A DNA stretch of 64,000 nucleotides from Takakia lepidozioides (Eukaryota > Plantae > Bryophyta), in assembly GCA_030704615.1 (NCBI GenBank), contig CM060734.1, forward strand, positions 29,760,001-29,824,000, written 5' to 3'. Shown here piece after piece: positions 50,678 through 64,000 of the stretch (positions are counted from its first letter, which is position 1; every line of letters starts with the position of its first letter). A model generated the notes under the pieces. The model did no database searches. It worked only from the letters and a program-made list of their open reading frames with translations, and was not told the origin of the DNA. Both the position numbers and the translations under genes were made by a program.

Positions 50678-51939
50678 TGTCGCGGCCCTTTGCCTTGAGG
50701 GCAGGGGGTCGGGACACATGAGGGGCTGCCCCTGTGGTGGGGGCATTGGCAGCGATAGGTATGGGGGGCTGAAGCACCCTTGAGTGCCCAAAGCACTCAA
50801 GGAGGCGGAGGCGCTCACTAGGTGGAGCCCCGCACACCGGGTTGCGGTGGGGGTGGCTCCACAAGGGGTGGTGGTAGCTTAGCGGGACTTAGTGGGGGTG
50901 GCATAGGACTCACCATGGGGGCGGAGACCTCGTGGTGGGAGTCGTGGGGAGTCTTGGGACTCATCACGGTCCATAGGGGCCGTGGTGAGTGGGCCAAGAC
51001 TCACCGCGACTCATCACCAGGAGTCGAGGGTTTTCGTGGCGGTTCGCCATAAAATGGCATGGCTGGTTATGAAACCCCCGCGGACAGCTATAGAAGTATA
51101 TATAGGGAGTAGTAACCCCGAGAACGGTGCAAGCCCGTTGGTGACCAAAAACTAGTGAGTAAGCGAGCGAGCCGGAAAGCGACCAAAGAGCGGGAGCTGT
51201 TCCGGACTGCCATCTACCAAAGGGAATTCCACTAGTCCCAAATAGGTGGAGGGTTTAGTGGGAAGCGAAGGGGGACCGTTATGTCCCGGTGAGCAGCCGA
51301 AGCTCCAAGTTGGCCCGGCGGCCAGGTTGGGAGTCAGGCGCGCGCATCAAAGCGAGTAACTATGACGTGAAGGGGAGCTTACCGAAGGGAGGTGCGCGAC
51401 ACTTGGTATCAGAGCTTAGAGTTCAGTACGCGATCGTCCTTGGGATTGGCCTCATAATGGGGTCGGGCAAGCCGAAGCGAAAGCGGAACGGCCCAAAAGA
51501 TGATGATCCTGGTGAGCCCGATGGGGGCGACGTGTCACCGAGGCGGCCGTTTGAGGAAGCGATGAATGTTTCCGAAAACGAGGCCGCTCAAGAGCGGGAG
51601 GAATCCGAGGAGTCGGAGCCCGAGGAATCCTTGAGAGCTCCGACAAACCAAGAGATGCCTCCCATGCCGGCAGCCTTTTGGGAAGGGTTGTTGGCGCAAT
51701 TTGGCGGGACGTTGAAAGACGTGTTGAAGGCGGCTAATGCCACTTCCACTAAGGCAAAGTTTAAGGTGAAGCCTAAGGAACCCGGCACCTTCGAGGGCGT
51801 TCGAAATCGGAAGGCACTCAACACCTGGCTCCTGGAGCTAGAGCAGTACTTCCGGGCGGCCAAGTTGAGTGACGAGGATCGGGTGGAAGTGGCTCCCACC
51901 TATTTGAGGGGCTATGCTCAACAATGGTGGCAGAAACGT
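50678..51939 (+). mobile_element. 5' part of a Ty3/Gypsy element: LTR (50678-51401), tRNA-iMet PBS (51404-51415), truncated gag
   Basis: LTR TGTCGCG...CGCGACA; PBS TGGTATCAGAGC; gag KPKEPGTFEG..LNTWL..LEQYF....A.TYLRGYAQQWW, cut at 51939. Confidence 0.88.
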
Positions 51940-52554
51940 TGTCGCGTGGCTTTTACTCACCCATCCCTTCGCTATCCGAGGCGGAAACTCCAAGATAGAA
52001 GAGTTGGAAATCTCTAAGTACTCAGCCCGCGCAGAACAATCAGTCATGACCTACAGCTAGTGTATCATGGGGGTGTTTCCTATTTGTTTCCTTTTCCGCA
52101 TTCATCTTTGCTACCTTACCATTGATAATTAAGTATCAGTTTGCTTCATCAATTTATCGGTTTCCTTAACTCCTCCATTCAATCCACAGCTTCACTCAGA
52201 TCTCTCTACACAGTGTGATTGTATCGTATAAGTATCAGATTATGATTTATCAGGTATCAGGCCGAATCCATTATGTCTCTAATCTGCTCTACAATATCAC
52301 TCTAGCTTTGCATATGACAAGCATCTACTAATCCTCTTTTCTCCTTCATTGTGCTCTTCGATCTCCGCTCCCGCCTGTCTCCGAAGTCCTCCCCGAATAA
52401 TGATCCCTTCCTATTCCCCGTTCTTCCCTTTATCCTCCTATTTGCGGTTCTAACCGTTTCCCTCTCTAACCGTCGTATGTGAACTAACATGTTCCCTTCA
52501 CTGGTGTTGTTCCCCACAGTCGTTCCCTGTCCTACTCTTCGTTCCCTATTATCG

Positions 52555-52825
52555 TGACCGCTGTGTCAAGCGGTGACTGGCTGTGTTTGGCTGTGTCGGG
52601 CTGTGACTGGCTGTGTGGCTGTGCCGGGCTGTGACTGGCTGTGTGGGCTGTGTCTGCTGTGACGACTGTGACGGGCTGTGTGGGCTGTGTGGGCTGTGAC
52701 GACTGTGACGCTGTGTGGGCTGTGACGACTGTGACGGGCTGTGTTGGCTGTGTGGGCTGTGACGGCTGTGTCGGCTGTGTGGGCTGTGACGACTGTGACG
52801 GGCTGTGTTGGCTGTGTGGGCTATG
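52555..52825. repeat. GGCTGTG/GACTGTG simple-repeat tract in the LTR (related tract at 57205-57370)
   Basis: Direct reading. Confidence 0.85.
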
Positions 52826-52976
52826 TAACCCCCTTCTACAGTGCGCTGCTGTCACCCCTAAGGTTCCTGTTTGTCTCAGTCTGTGCAAAATTTAAGGGTA
52901 CCCTACAGATCCCGTATAAGTGTCTAAGTCCCCTACAGTCCTCTATTACCCCTTCCCCCCTCAAAAAGCCGTGTCC

Positions 52977-55900
52977 TCACGGTTTACTGTTTCCGAGTAG
53001 CAACCCTTTGTGAGTGAGCACCTTGTTGACGTTGAGAGTTTCGTGGTGGGCTGTGTGTACGAGCCCGAGGTCTGTCTCTGGTTGATGGAGATGGTTGATC
53101 ACTACCTGGATAAGTGAGGCCTTCTGGAGGCTGATATCGAGGTAATCTTTCCGCATAGGAGATCCCCTTTGTTTCTTCTCTTCCATCTGAATTGCATAGT
53201 CTTCTCCCATGTCAAAAGAATTTTGTGAAGAAACAGTTGTATCAGAATCCTCATCGCCTCTCAGGTGTTTTAATTTTCGAACTTTTTGTGGAATCATCTG
53301 GGGCATACAATGCTGTCCTACCATGTCTGGAAGTTTGCATTTTACAACCTGGTGTAACCGTTGAACAGCAAAATTGGTGTAGACACTGAGCTCCTTGTCT
53401 GTCCAGATGAGTGGGGTACCAATTACTGGTGCAGCGTGCAAGTATTTCCATGCGATATGTCCCTTATAGAAAATGTCATCAAGTCCGAATTTCTGTGTTG
53501 ACAAATTGTTGCAGGCTGCTTGAAACCATGAACGAATTTGAGAATCCTTTTATCATAACTTTTGGGTCATATAGGTACATATGAGGTGGCACCGAAGGTA
53601 ATACCCAATGATCTCCACTGGAGTAACTTTGAAAGCGTGCTTGCATCTTTTGTTGCTCAATGTGGTAACGTATCAGAAAACAAGCAGCGTAGTATAGCCC
53701 GCACCCCATGACAATACTTGCTATCTCCTTGGTCTTGGTATAAATGAGTCCATGTACAACCTGGAAAGCAACCAATTCCCTCACATGGTACCTGCCTCGT
53801 GCCAGTATTGTGCAAAGTGATGATCTTCAATATGTCGATTGTTTGGAAGAACTTTAGTCCTGGTTGCCACTGGCAGCCAAATACGCATGATTTGGTAGTA
53901 ATGTGCGAATGACTGCGGAGGACTAAATTCTTTCCAAGCCAAATCCAACATGATGGGAATTTGGTTGAAGGGCATAATCATAGCCCTACTGTACTCCCTG
54001 GCAGCTGGAGTTTTAGGTGGGTTAAAAGCTGCATTGCCCCATACCTCCGGCTGTGGTGGCTGTGGTGTGGTTGTAGTAACCACAGGTTCAGCTACTGGTA
54101 CATGACCTGTTGTGGTGGTGGTGGTACTGGTTCCTGTACCATTGGCATCTCCTGCACCTCCTGTGAAGACTGAAAAGCCAGAGTTCTGGCTTGCAAATAA
54201 GAAGCCATTAGCTGTTCCTGAGGGATATAGACTCTTTGGTCGATGTTTGAAGTGAGGTCTTCCACTTGAGTCTGGAGTCCGTCTACATCCTCTTGTAACT
54301 CTGCTATCCTACTATAGACATTGTCTATAGTAGTTGTGGCAATGTTCTGCACCTGCAGTCTGAGCTCATTCATCTCGCTTTGGGTGAGCTTCCGTGGGCT
54401 TTTGCCCTCTACTGGCCCTTGTGCTAACCAGACCTGCATAAGGCTGTTATCCACCAAGCTGCTTGTGGTTCCCCTGAGAGTTTGCTCCTCTCTTAGCTTA
54501 TACAATTCCAACTGCTGTTGTAAAGCCTTCATGCGCTTCGCCTGTGGCTCAACCAATTGCGCATAGGCAGCAAGTAGATTATTGGCTTCTTTCGAAGCCT
54601 TGTTACTGACCGCGATTTCATTTCTATTGGCCACGATGGTTTGTTGCAACTCCACGATGTATTTCTCATTCTCAGCTTCCATCTGCCTGTATTGCTTGAA
54701 AGTATCTTCATTGCGACAGATTGTATTCTTCATATCGACAATGAGCTTCATGTGCTCCACATTCTCTTCTTCTGCCTTCGTACATTTTTCCGCTTGACTG
54801 TTTATTTCTTTTGTTGATTGGTCAAGCATAGTTGTAAATGTAGCGCATTGTATCGCCATCCTGTTATGCACTGTCTGCAACTCCGTATGTAGTGCATTCA
54901 GTTCTTGCAACTTGCTTTCATGCTGCACCTGCATTTGGTATAGCTGTTGCTTATGTGCTTCGTGCAACTGGTCTTGCGCGAGGCCTGCCTCAATCAATTG
55001 TTGCTTGGCCAATTGCAAAGCCATTTCTGTATTGGCCAAGTCCTGCTTCATCTTGAGAGTGACCTCTTCATCGACCTTGTTTGCACACTCAGTGGCAAGT
55101 CGAGCCTCAAACTCCTTCCTGAGTTCTTCTTTCAAGGCTGTCAATTGGGTAATTGGAACATGGGTTTTGACATAAGTCCCCAATTAAGTGTCCTGCCTAT
55201 GGAACTCATCAGCATTGCCTGTTGAGGGTCATCATGGTGAGGTTGCTGCTGTTCCTCCCGATCTTCAACAGTATGATGTCTCACTAACCATTCAGACCAT
55301 TGTCCCACCGGATTTTCTTCCTGAACTACTTCATTTATGACCGGTGCTACAGTGTCATGGCCTTCCGCCTGTGGTACCTCCGACACAGGTGTGTGCATTA
55401 TATGTACCTCAGGATTTTTCTTGGGCAACTGTTGCACCTCTGGATTTCTGTCTGCTTGACCAGACCAGAATATTCATAGAGAAGGTCCCCTTTCTCTATT
55501 TCTGCCACTATCTGTTCTGTAGTTGGAATATCTATCCCTTCACTTTCCAAATCAATTATTTCGGGTTGAGCTGCATGGATAACTTGTGACCTTGTGACAA
55601 GTCGTTCAAGTGGCTGTGTTGGTTGTGATGCAGAAGTAACTTCTTCCTCCCTCTCTGAAGGTCCTGCTTCCAGTAATAACATTCTTTTGTGCTGCTGTGC
55701 CCCTCCTGGTCATGAGCTTGGGAAACATTATCATGCGGAATCCGTGAAGCCAGTGGATCCGCCACTACAGTCTTTCCCCTTCTCTGCCTCTTAGTCTCGG
55801 GTTGTGCTGCAGTCCACCCTCACTGTGTGAAGCCTTGCTCTTCCATTGCAGTTGTTTCTGGCTCAAACACTCCCATTTCCTTCCTTTCTTGTGCATTAAG

Positions 55901-56511
55901 TATGCCAGAACTAAGGATTATTTGAGCAATGATTGGGCCAGACACTATGATAGGAGATTTTGCGGTAGTACCTTGTAATCTTTTCATCTCCTCTACCAGT
56001 GCGTTGTACATTATGTCCGCCCATGGTACCTCTTGTCCCTTCAAGCCTTTGAGGATTTCCTCTGTGAAGGATCTGCTCAAATATTGTTGGTTCTGTTTCA
56101 GGGCAATCAGAACGTTCAATACTTGGCCTATGTCTTTTAACCCTGGGTACACAGCTTTGGTACAAGCATAACCCTGAGTTTTAAAGAAACTCCCTTCTTG
56201 GAATAAATCCCCTATTTGCAGTCTTTCCTGTGTTCCTCCACATACACATGACCTGCTGGCAATCGAAACAATTGCTGGAGGTATAGGGGAGTAATCATTA
56301 ATTCAACTCCCTTCACCGTTGTTGTTCCTGTCTTTGGCTCAAAGTTCTGCAAAAATTGTAACATGTACTGTCTATGGTGTAGTGTCCAATCCATGCTTTG
56401 CAATCCTTCCAATCTCAGCTCCTTCAGTATCTTTATCGCCTGTGGGGTAGCCATCGTTTGTTTCTGCAGAATTGTGGTGCTCTTCACCCTGATTTCCTCC
56501 ATTCCTCTCAC
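52977..56511 (-). pseudogene. Extra 3' ORF(s) between pol and the 3' LTR (Athila-ORF1/plant-mobile-domain-like N-terminus plus long coiled coil)
   Basis: Chain of same-strand ORFs from 56212-56511 to 52977-53504, including a 363-aa coiled-coil ORF at 54092-55183. Confidence 0.6.
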
Positions 56512-57499
56512 TCTTCATCTTAGACTCACAGAACTGCTTTGGCTGTAACAACTGCAGGAATGCCTGTAGTGCACAAAGCAGAAACGTATGGTTGCCGCAG
56601 AAAGCTATGGGTAATCTCTTGTAAGCCTGCGGGGCTTGCAAGCATTGTTCAAGAGAAAAGCTCTGCTCTTTCGTTTCGTGTCTCTGCCATTGCGTAAGTA
56701 ATATTGCGAGCGTATAGTCTGTTAGTTCCTCCATAGTTTCCAAGTTATAGCATTTATGGCCTGTCCTGTCGAGACGCCCGTTACTCAGAACGACGCCGCC
56801 TCTTGCGCTTAATTTCCCTCCATTTTCTTGATCATTTCTCTGGTTTTCTATTGGCTGTATCCGCTGTGACTGGATTTTAACTTTTATCTTCTTTAGTGGA
56901 CTTTCCCTGTTGGATAGTCCACTAGGATCACACATGCGACATGAATTCAGTTTTTCTGTACTTGCCGTTCGTTCTGTTTCCCTTTTTCCGTATTCATTAA
57001 TGGGCCCGCCTTTCATCCCTTTTGACGGCCGTTCTTGTCTTTTCTTTTGACACCTGTCCTTGCACTTCATTCTCTGCTGTGTGTCGCACCCTGACCTCCA
57101 CGTGTCTATTTTTAAATTAATTTCCGTTTCTTCTTCCTTCAGCCATTTTCCTGAAGTTTTTATGTGTCCACTTGTCACTGATTCTATGGATCGTGTAACT
57201 TTAGTAGGCTGTGTTGAGCTGTGACAGGCTGTGTCATACTGTGTTACGCTGTGATAGGCTGTGTTGCACTGTGGTAAGCTGTGATAGGCTGTGACACAGG
57301 TTGTGATAGAAATAGGCTGTTGTGCATAAAACTGGATAGGCTGTGACTGTGTTGGGGCTGTGATAGGCTGTAAGCACGTTTGTTTTGCCCACCCCGGTCA
57401 TATATACTGGGCCTAGCGACAAGTGTTCCATACTCCGTTCGTAACACTGGTGCAGCCCGTGACTGCTCTTGCGGTTCAACATGCAAATCATGCTGCAGG

Positions 57500-60400
57500 G
57501 TTTGTCATGGATACCACTGTACCCCTTCAACTTATTTGCATTGACTCTTCCCAGCATTTCTTTGTTAATGGTTTGTAACATGGCTGTGTTGTTATCATAC
57601 ATCTTTTGTATGACATAAGGTCCTTTCCATGGTGATTTAAGCTTAGAAGCTTGAATCTTCCTTTCTTCTGCAACCATAGAACCAAATCCCCCGTCTTAAA
57701 AGTCTTTAATTTGCCTTCATCAAACTGTTCCTTTCGCTTCATCTGAATTCTGGTCATATTATCAGCTGCATCAGCACGTACTTCTTCCACATGGTATAAT
57801 TCATGTTTCCTGACCTTGATGGAGTCTTGCAATTCCATTCTTTTTCCCCACTCCGTTCTCATGGTAGGTAACAGGAATTCCACTGGAAGTAAGGCTTCCA
57901 TACCATAAACTAATTGGAATGGTGTATACTTTGTGGTGACTTTATATGAAGTCCTGTATGACCATAAAGCTGTCAGCAGCTTTGTATCCCAATCCGTTCT
58001 GTTTGCATGACTATCTTAGCCAAGATAGTACATAGTATTTTGTTGGTAGCCTCTGCCTGTCCATTACCCTGTGGGTAATATGTTGTACTCTTTCTATGCA
58101 CAATCATAAACTCTTAGTCAATAACTCAATGGTCTCATTCATGAAGTGACTTCCTTGATCACTGATAAATTCTAAGGGACATCCAAATCGTGTAAGTATG
58201 TTCTCGTACAGGAACCTTGCTGTGGACTTGGCTGTGTTGTCCCTCAAAGCTTTAGCTTCCACCCACTTTGTAGTATAATCAGTGGCTGTAATTATGTACC
58301 TGTTTTGTGTATTCTTGGATGGTGGGATTAATTGGTCCAACAAAGTCTAGTCCCCATTTCTGAAATGGTTCCGTAGGCATTGTAGGATGCAAGGCCATTC
58401 TTCCAGATCTCTGCAAAGGTCCTAGCCTCTGACATTCATCACACTTCTGACAATACTCATGTACATCTTTGAACAAAGTAGGCCACCAGTATCCTGCGAG
58501 TAGTATCTTTCTACTGGTAGTCTCTTCTCCAAAATGACCTCCAGCCACTCCTTTATGAACTTCCTCCAAGACTTTATTTACTTCATGGTGGTACAAGCAT
58601 CGTTTTAGTACTCCATCAGGTCCTAACTTATACATTCTGCTTCCTACCATAGTATAAGGTAAAGCTTGATAGCATTTCTCTTCCTCTGCTCCTTACCATA
58701 ACTAGGTGGGCACTGACCATGAGCAAGGTAGTATCTGATTGGCCACTGCCAATCTAACCATTCATCTGCACTTCCTTGCACCTCCATTACAAATAACTCG
58801 CATCAGGTAACTGATCGTCCACTCCTGTGGCGGCCTCTCCTGTTGTTAGTCGTGACAAATGATCTGCCACAAGATGCAAACGGCCAGGCTTGTAAATAAC
58901 CTCGAACTCAAACTCATGCAAGATTATTAACCACCTCGCTATCCTTCCACTTATCAAAGGTTTGTTCACCAGATATATCAGAGCCTGGTGATCCACATAA
59001 AACATAAACTTTCTTCCCAATAGGTAATGCCTGAATTTCTTCACTGCATAGATCATTGCCAATGCTTCTCTTTCCGTTGTGCTATAGTTCCTCTCAGCAC
59101 TGTTCATCAACCGGCTAGCATAGTACACAGGTGAATCTATATTCCCTGTAACATTCTGGGCTAACACCGCTCCCAACGCTTCTCCTGATGCATCGCAGTG
59201 AACATGAAATACTACATGCCAGTGAGGGTTAATCAGCACAGGTGTAGTTGTTACTGACAGTGTAAGTTCCTCAAACGCCTGTTGACATTCAGTGTCCATG
59301 CAAACACTGCATCTTTCTTCAGAAGCTTGCTCAATGGTGCTGCTATTTGTGCATACCTTTTGACAAATCTTCTGTAATAACTGGTTTGCCCAAGGAATCT
59401 CCTTAAACTCTTAACATTCACTGGTGGTGGAGAGACTTTAATGGACTCTGTCTTCCTGGGATCCACAAGGAGTCCCTTCTTACACACAATGTGTCCCAGA
59501 AGCACCCCTGAGTTCACACAGAAAGTACACTTCTCTGGATTCAAGCCCAGACCTCTCATCCTGCATCTGGCCAGGCATAACTCCAATTTATGCAAGTGCT
59601 CATTCTTAGAGCTGTACACACTGAAATCATCCAAAACACCTGCATGAAATCATCCAGATACTCTTGAAAAGATTCACTTATCACTCTCTGAAAGGTCGCT
59701 GGTGCATTACAAAGTCCAAAGGGCATGACTTTGTATGCATAAGCCCCCCAGTCTGTGATGAAAGCTGTTTTCCCTTGGTCTTCTTCTGCCACTTGCACTT
59801 GATTATAACCACTGAAGCCATCCATGAATGAGTACATCTCATGGCCTGCCACAGTGTCTAATACTGCTTCTGTGAATGGCAAAGGGAAAGGATCTTTCTT
59901 CGTACAAGCATTCAGCTTCTTATAGTTCACACATACTCTTAGTTTGCCATTCTTCTTGGGAACTATAACAATGGGTGACAACCAAGTTGTATACTCTATT
60001 GGGTATATAAACTTAGCCTCAGCCAACTTCTTTATCTCTTCTCCAACCTTCTGTGCGTAGTTGGGATTCATTCTATACCTCGCCTGCTTGATTGGTACTG
60101 ACCCTGGTTCCAGTTCAATTTTATGCTGACAGACTTCAGGTGGTATCCCTTTTAGATCCTCATAGCTCCAAGCAAACATCTCTGTATTTGATGAACAAGC
60201 TTTTAGCTTCTTCGAAGAATTCCGGCTCCAAATCAGCTCCTACTTTCACCATTCTCGGTTCCTCCTGAGTTCCCACATTTACTTTCTCTCACCTGCTCAT
60301 CAGCTGTGATTGTCCAACCAGTCACCACTTCATCCTTTAAGCTCACAGTGGCTGGTTCTTCTAGGATTTCTATTCTCCTCCTTTTCTTCATAGAAATGTG

Positions 60401-62906
60401 GTGGGTAACATTGGTTTCCTCTTCAATTGGTGTTGCTGTCACTACACCACAGCAGATACCTCTCAAACAACTTAGGCTTTCCAGCCGCATCTCTGCAACC
60501 TGCTCCCATTCTGGGTGCAGCAAAGGGTAGCTTCCTGCTCCTCATCCAGTCCTCCCTCCAGTCATACTCTCTGACTCCTCGAGGTCTTCTTGTAGCAGGT
60601 AATCTACTATTTCTTTGTGGTAATTTGTATCTCGTGCATCCCATTATGCACAGTTAGTAACTGAGAATTCCAGTCATGGAATACCCTTGGCCTGTTTCAG
60701 CCACGGACGTCCCAATAATAAGGAGTAAGCCTCCATGACTTCATCCATTTTTAATACAGTTACTGTGATCATAAAGATCATTTTCTGTATCTGTATCTTA
60801 ACTCCTCTTATTAATCCCAATGGCTGTACACTTCTTTGATCTGCCATTGTTACTGTAAATGGGGCTGGTTTCATGTTACTTAGACCAAGCTCTTCCTTAA
60901 TTGGTCTGTCATGATATTTACTCCAGAACCACCATCTATCATACATCAGTTAGTTCTGTGCTTCCAATTCTCAATTGGATTACTGGCATAGAATCATCAA
61001 AGTCCATGACTGGTTCTCGCCCTTCCGGCTTCACATTATAACTGGTCACCTTGCTGTTCAGGTCTGTGTTTCCTGTCTCTTGGGCAATTCGATTGATTGC
61101 CTGATACAGCCTGTGCCTACAATAAGGTGCCACAGCTAATAGCTGTCCAATGGTAATTTCTGCTTTGGTCTGACATATTACTTCAGCCAAAGTCTCTTCA
61201 TTACTTTGCATGTCTGCATCTTCTTTTTTCCTTTCTTCCTCACTCCCTTCTTTTTCTCCATCCGAATCAGAGGAATCTGCCACAGGAATATCAGTACTCT
61301 TTTGCATTTCCCTTATAGTATCTGCCACTTCCTTGTGCAGTTCCTTCTCATCTTCCAAGTCTCTTCATCTTCAGGCATATCATTGCCACTTCCAGTCTCA
61401 TCTTCTTCCTCTTCTACTGGAGGTATTAGTTTGGCTTTACTTCTTGTTACTATCATTGTACTTACTTCTGGTACAACACATGGCCTAACCATGTGAGCTG
61501 CCACCACTGGGCCCTCATTCACAGGAGCTCTCATCTCATTCTGGTGTCTTATCCAGAATGAACAGGCTGCCTTGCGATGTCCTGGCTGATTACAATAGTA
61601 ACATAGCTCTTCACCATTGGGTCCTCGCCCTTGGTCTGGTTCTTGGATTATTTCTATAATCCTGATTCCCGGGCTGGTAATTCCCCCTTGGATTACCCTG
61701 ATAGTTGCCTCTGGAATTTCCTTGGTAATTCCCTCTTGAATTACCTCTCCCTTCCATGCCATTGTTATAACCACCAGACCTACCATAGTGGTCGATCATT
61801 GCTTCTTCTTGGCTGGGGCTGCACCTGATGCACCCTCACTTGCCTAGGTTCTCTTGCAGCTGTCCTTCTGTTGTAGTAACAATTCTCAGTAGAATGGTTA
61901 TCCATTTACACAGATAGTACAGTGTTTCTCCTTCATGTGGCATTCTGTAGTGGTATGGCCTTCATTCTGGCACTTTGCACACCATACACCCTTCCTCCAA
62001 TGTGTTGCAGCCTCTGTGGCATACTTCTTCAAGATTTCTTCCAATCTTTTCTAGTTTATCCCTCTTCAACTTTTCCTTTCTCTTACTCTTTCTTTTTAGT
62101 TCTTGCTCTTCTTTCATCTGACTCATCTTCAGAGTCCTCATCTTCCTTTTCTCTCTCCTGAGCATCCCAATTGCTCAATTCTGTTTGCAGTTTCAAATGC
62201 CTCCTCCACTGTATTATGGGGTAACATATCCACTTTCTTCTGCAACTCTGGTCTTAGTCCACTCACAAACCAAGTCTTCTGTAAACCGGGCTGGTACTGG
62301 GCAGCCAGCTTTTTCATCATCAATTCCATCTTCTCCATATACTCTTCAACAGTTTCATGCTTCTTCTGCTTCAGCTGTTGTAAACTTCCATACACTTCAT
62401 CCTCAGTTTTACTTGTCCTGAACCTATTTCGAAATGCTGTATTCAAGCCATTCCAGGTTAGGAAATGATTATCAGGGAATCTTGCATACCATTCACTTGC
62501 TTTCTTGATAAGTGAACAAGGAACAGTCTCATCTTGGCATCATCGCCATTCTCATTGTTCACTATACACATGTGCTCAAATTGGCTAATGTGTACATCGG
62601 GATCCCCTTTCCTGAATATATTGGAAAGGTGGTTTTGCCCGTGTTGGTTGTAACGCCATCTGTGGCCCACCTTCTGCCCACTGACAGTGCTGGCACCCTT
62701 GCTGGTGCTGGTCCTTCTGGACCTGTTGTTTTTGTGGTGGATCTTCCACCAAGTGGTGGCCCTTGAGCACTCCCTGCTTCTGGCCCCACGATATTCACAG
62801 TATTCCCAGCTTCAGTTGCACTACTTCCCACACTCCGTCCCCCAGAGCCAGATCCAGGCAGCCGCCTGATCCCTGAGCCGACACCTTCGTTGGCCTGTTG
62901 CTCCAC
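57500..62906 (-). pseudogene. gag-pol of the nested Gypsy element (frameshifted)
   Basis: Gag CCHC CYYCNQPGHRKAAC; PR IDGGSGVN; RT MDGFSGYNQ, MPFGLCNAPATFQR, DDF; RH HCDAS, YSTTEREALA; INT GGHFG..CQKC..C, WGLDFVGP, ISDQGSHF, GQAEATNK. Confidence 0.92.
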
Positions 62907-63990
62907 TTGATCCGAGGTCCAACGGGTTGGGATGTCCTGGTTGTAGTCTCAACCTCAGCTGTTGGGTCTACTTCTTCATATTCTTCCTCTTCCAATTTCT
63001 TCTCTCTGTTTTCATCCTCCAAGTTCTGCCCTTGGGTTTCTTCTTCACTCATGTAACTCAACTGTAATGGTGTTGGAGAGTCTGAACTCTCCGTTGGCTC
63101 TGCCACATCCTCATCTCCTTCTTCATCTTCTGCTTCAGAAACTGGAGTTCCTGCTTTTGGTGTTCCATGCCAACTCTTATCAAAGATTTCTGTCAAGTCT
63201 TTTATCCAAGGATGTACCTCAGATCTTTCACCTCGTGATTGATCTTCTTCCTGTACCAATTCCCTTAATCTTTCTTGCAAAGAAACAGAAGGAGTGGCAT
63301 CCAACTCTAGTTCTTCCGGTATAGGTGATGCACTTTTGATCTTGATGGTGTGAGAGGTCCAGATGATTCCCCTATGTCTATTCCTCTCTCCCAAAGATAT
63401 GGATAATTAGCTTTCAGATAGCTTTCTCTTTTTGATGAATATCTTTGTCGTCTAGCTTCTCTTTCATCACTCATGTCCCATGTCTTTCATTTCTTTTAAT
63501 GTGGCAATAACCAAAACTCTCTTCTGTAATATCTCTCGTATATGCCTGGATTTCTTTCAAGCTTCAATGCACCCTTGGCTATACTTGAAGTCTCCGTTAC
63601 CATATAACCATATGGCAAACAAGTCTGAAAAGCTGTTCTTGGTGTGAGTTTGATCCACAAAATATCCTTTGGAATCCAATTCTTTACCAGTACAAGCTCT
63701 TCATGCATATGAGTATAAACATTCACCTTTCTTTCTTCCCAGCCTTCAAACTCTACTCGTTTAATGGATAGCAACGCTATCACATAAACTAATGTTGGTA
63801 ACCAACGTGCTCTTCCTCTACAGGCTACCTGATAAATCTTTATCACTCCTTTCTCCAGACCCCATTCTGGATCAGCATCATGCACTCGTTTAAGAATATT
63901 TTCTTTACATCCGTCTGGCAATTCCAAGAACCTTTGAAAGAATTGTTTGGACAATCTTTCTTCCTTCGTTCCACAGGGAATTTGATTCAC
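62795..63990 (-). pseudogene. Additional ORF(s) upstream of gag
   Basis: ORFs 63496-63990 and 62795-63394 (acidic) on the gag strand; function unknown. Confidence 0.4.
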
Positions 63991-64000
63991 TTCAAATTTA

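Larger units (their letters stand above)
51940..64000 (-). mobile_element. Large Ty3/Gypsy (non-chromovirus, Athila/Tat-related) retrotransposon nested in the previous element; 5' end outside the window
   Basis: 3' LTR ~51940-52937 (TG..CA), PPT at 52949-52961, order gag-PR-RT-RH-INT on the minus strand. Confidence 0.9.

Noticed and set aside
52532-53013. Cys-rich or Gln/Thr-rich repeat proteins
   Set aside because: Translations of the simple repeat inside the LTR.
59222-59232. piggyBac right end (AGGGTTAA)
   Set aside because: Lies inside Gypsy RNase H coding sequence and does not match the left TIR further in.

Overview
Eukaryotic nuclear DNA from a land plant, most likely a seed-free lineage with flagellate sperm (spliceosomal introns, a NAC factor, PLS/DYW-type PPR fragments and a CFAP44 axonemal gene). 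The window is transposon-dense. 1-~10.5 kb is a decayed two-gene Mutator-like element. It has a GCM-domain DDE transposase on the minus strand and, divergently, an intron-containing gene fusing a ParB/Srx-like domain (WDGNHRL) to a beta-class amino-(N6A/N4C) DNA methyltransferase-like domain. The two largest introns of that gene carry about a dozen copies of a 24-bp palindrome. This ParB-MTase plus palindrome cassette on a transposon is the best candidate for an undescribed system. 10.5-26.1 kb holds RTEX-like LINE copies and a disrupted CFAP44 gene whose exons lie on both strands and out of order. 26.5-29.8 kb is an apparently intact membrane-tethered NAC gene. 30.9-34.5 kb is a piggyBac element. 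34.56-44.15 kb is a non-autonomous CACTA element (TIRs plus GTA TSD) carrying a 539-bp satellite and PPR fragments. 45-50.7 kb contains a 111-bp tandem array, a putative phage/virus-type ssDNA-binding protein gene and PPR-DYW debris. 50.7-64 kb holds nested Ty3/Gypsy elements, the larger with extra ORFs. All family assignments come from motif recognition by eye; no searches were run. Many 1-bp frameshifts sit in homopolymers and could be consensus errors.
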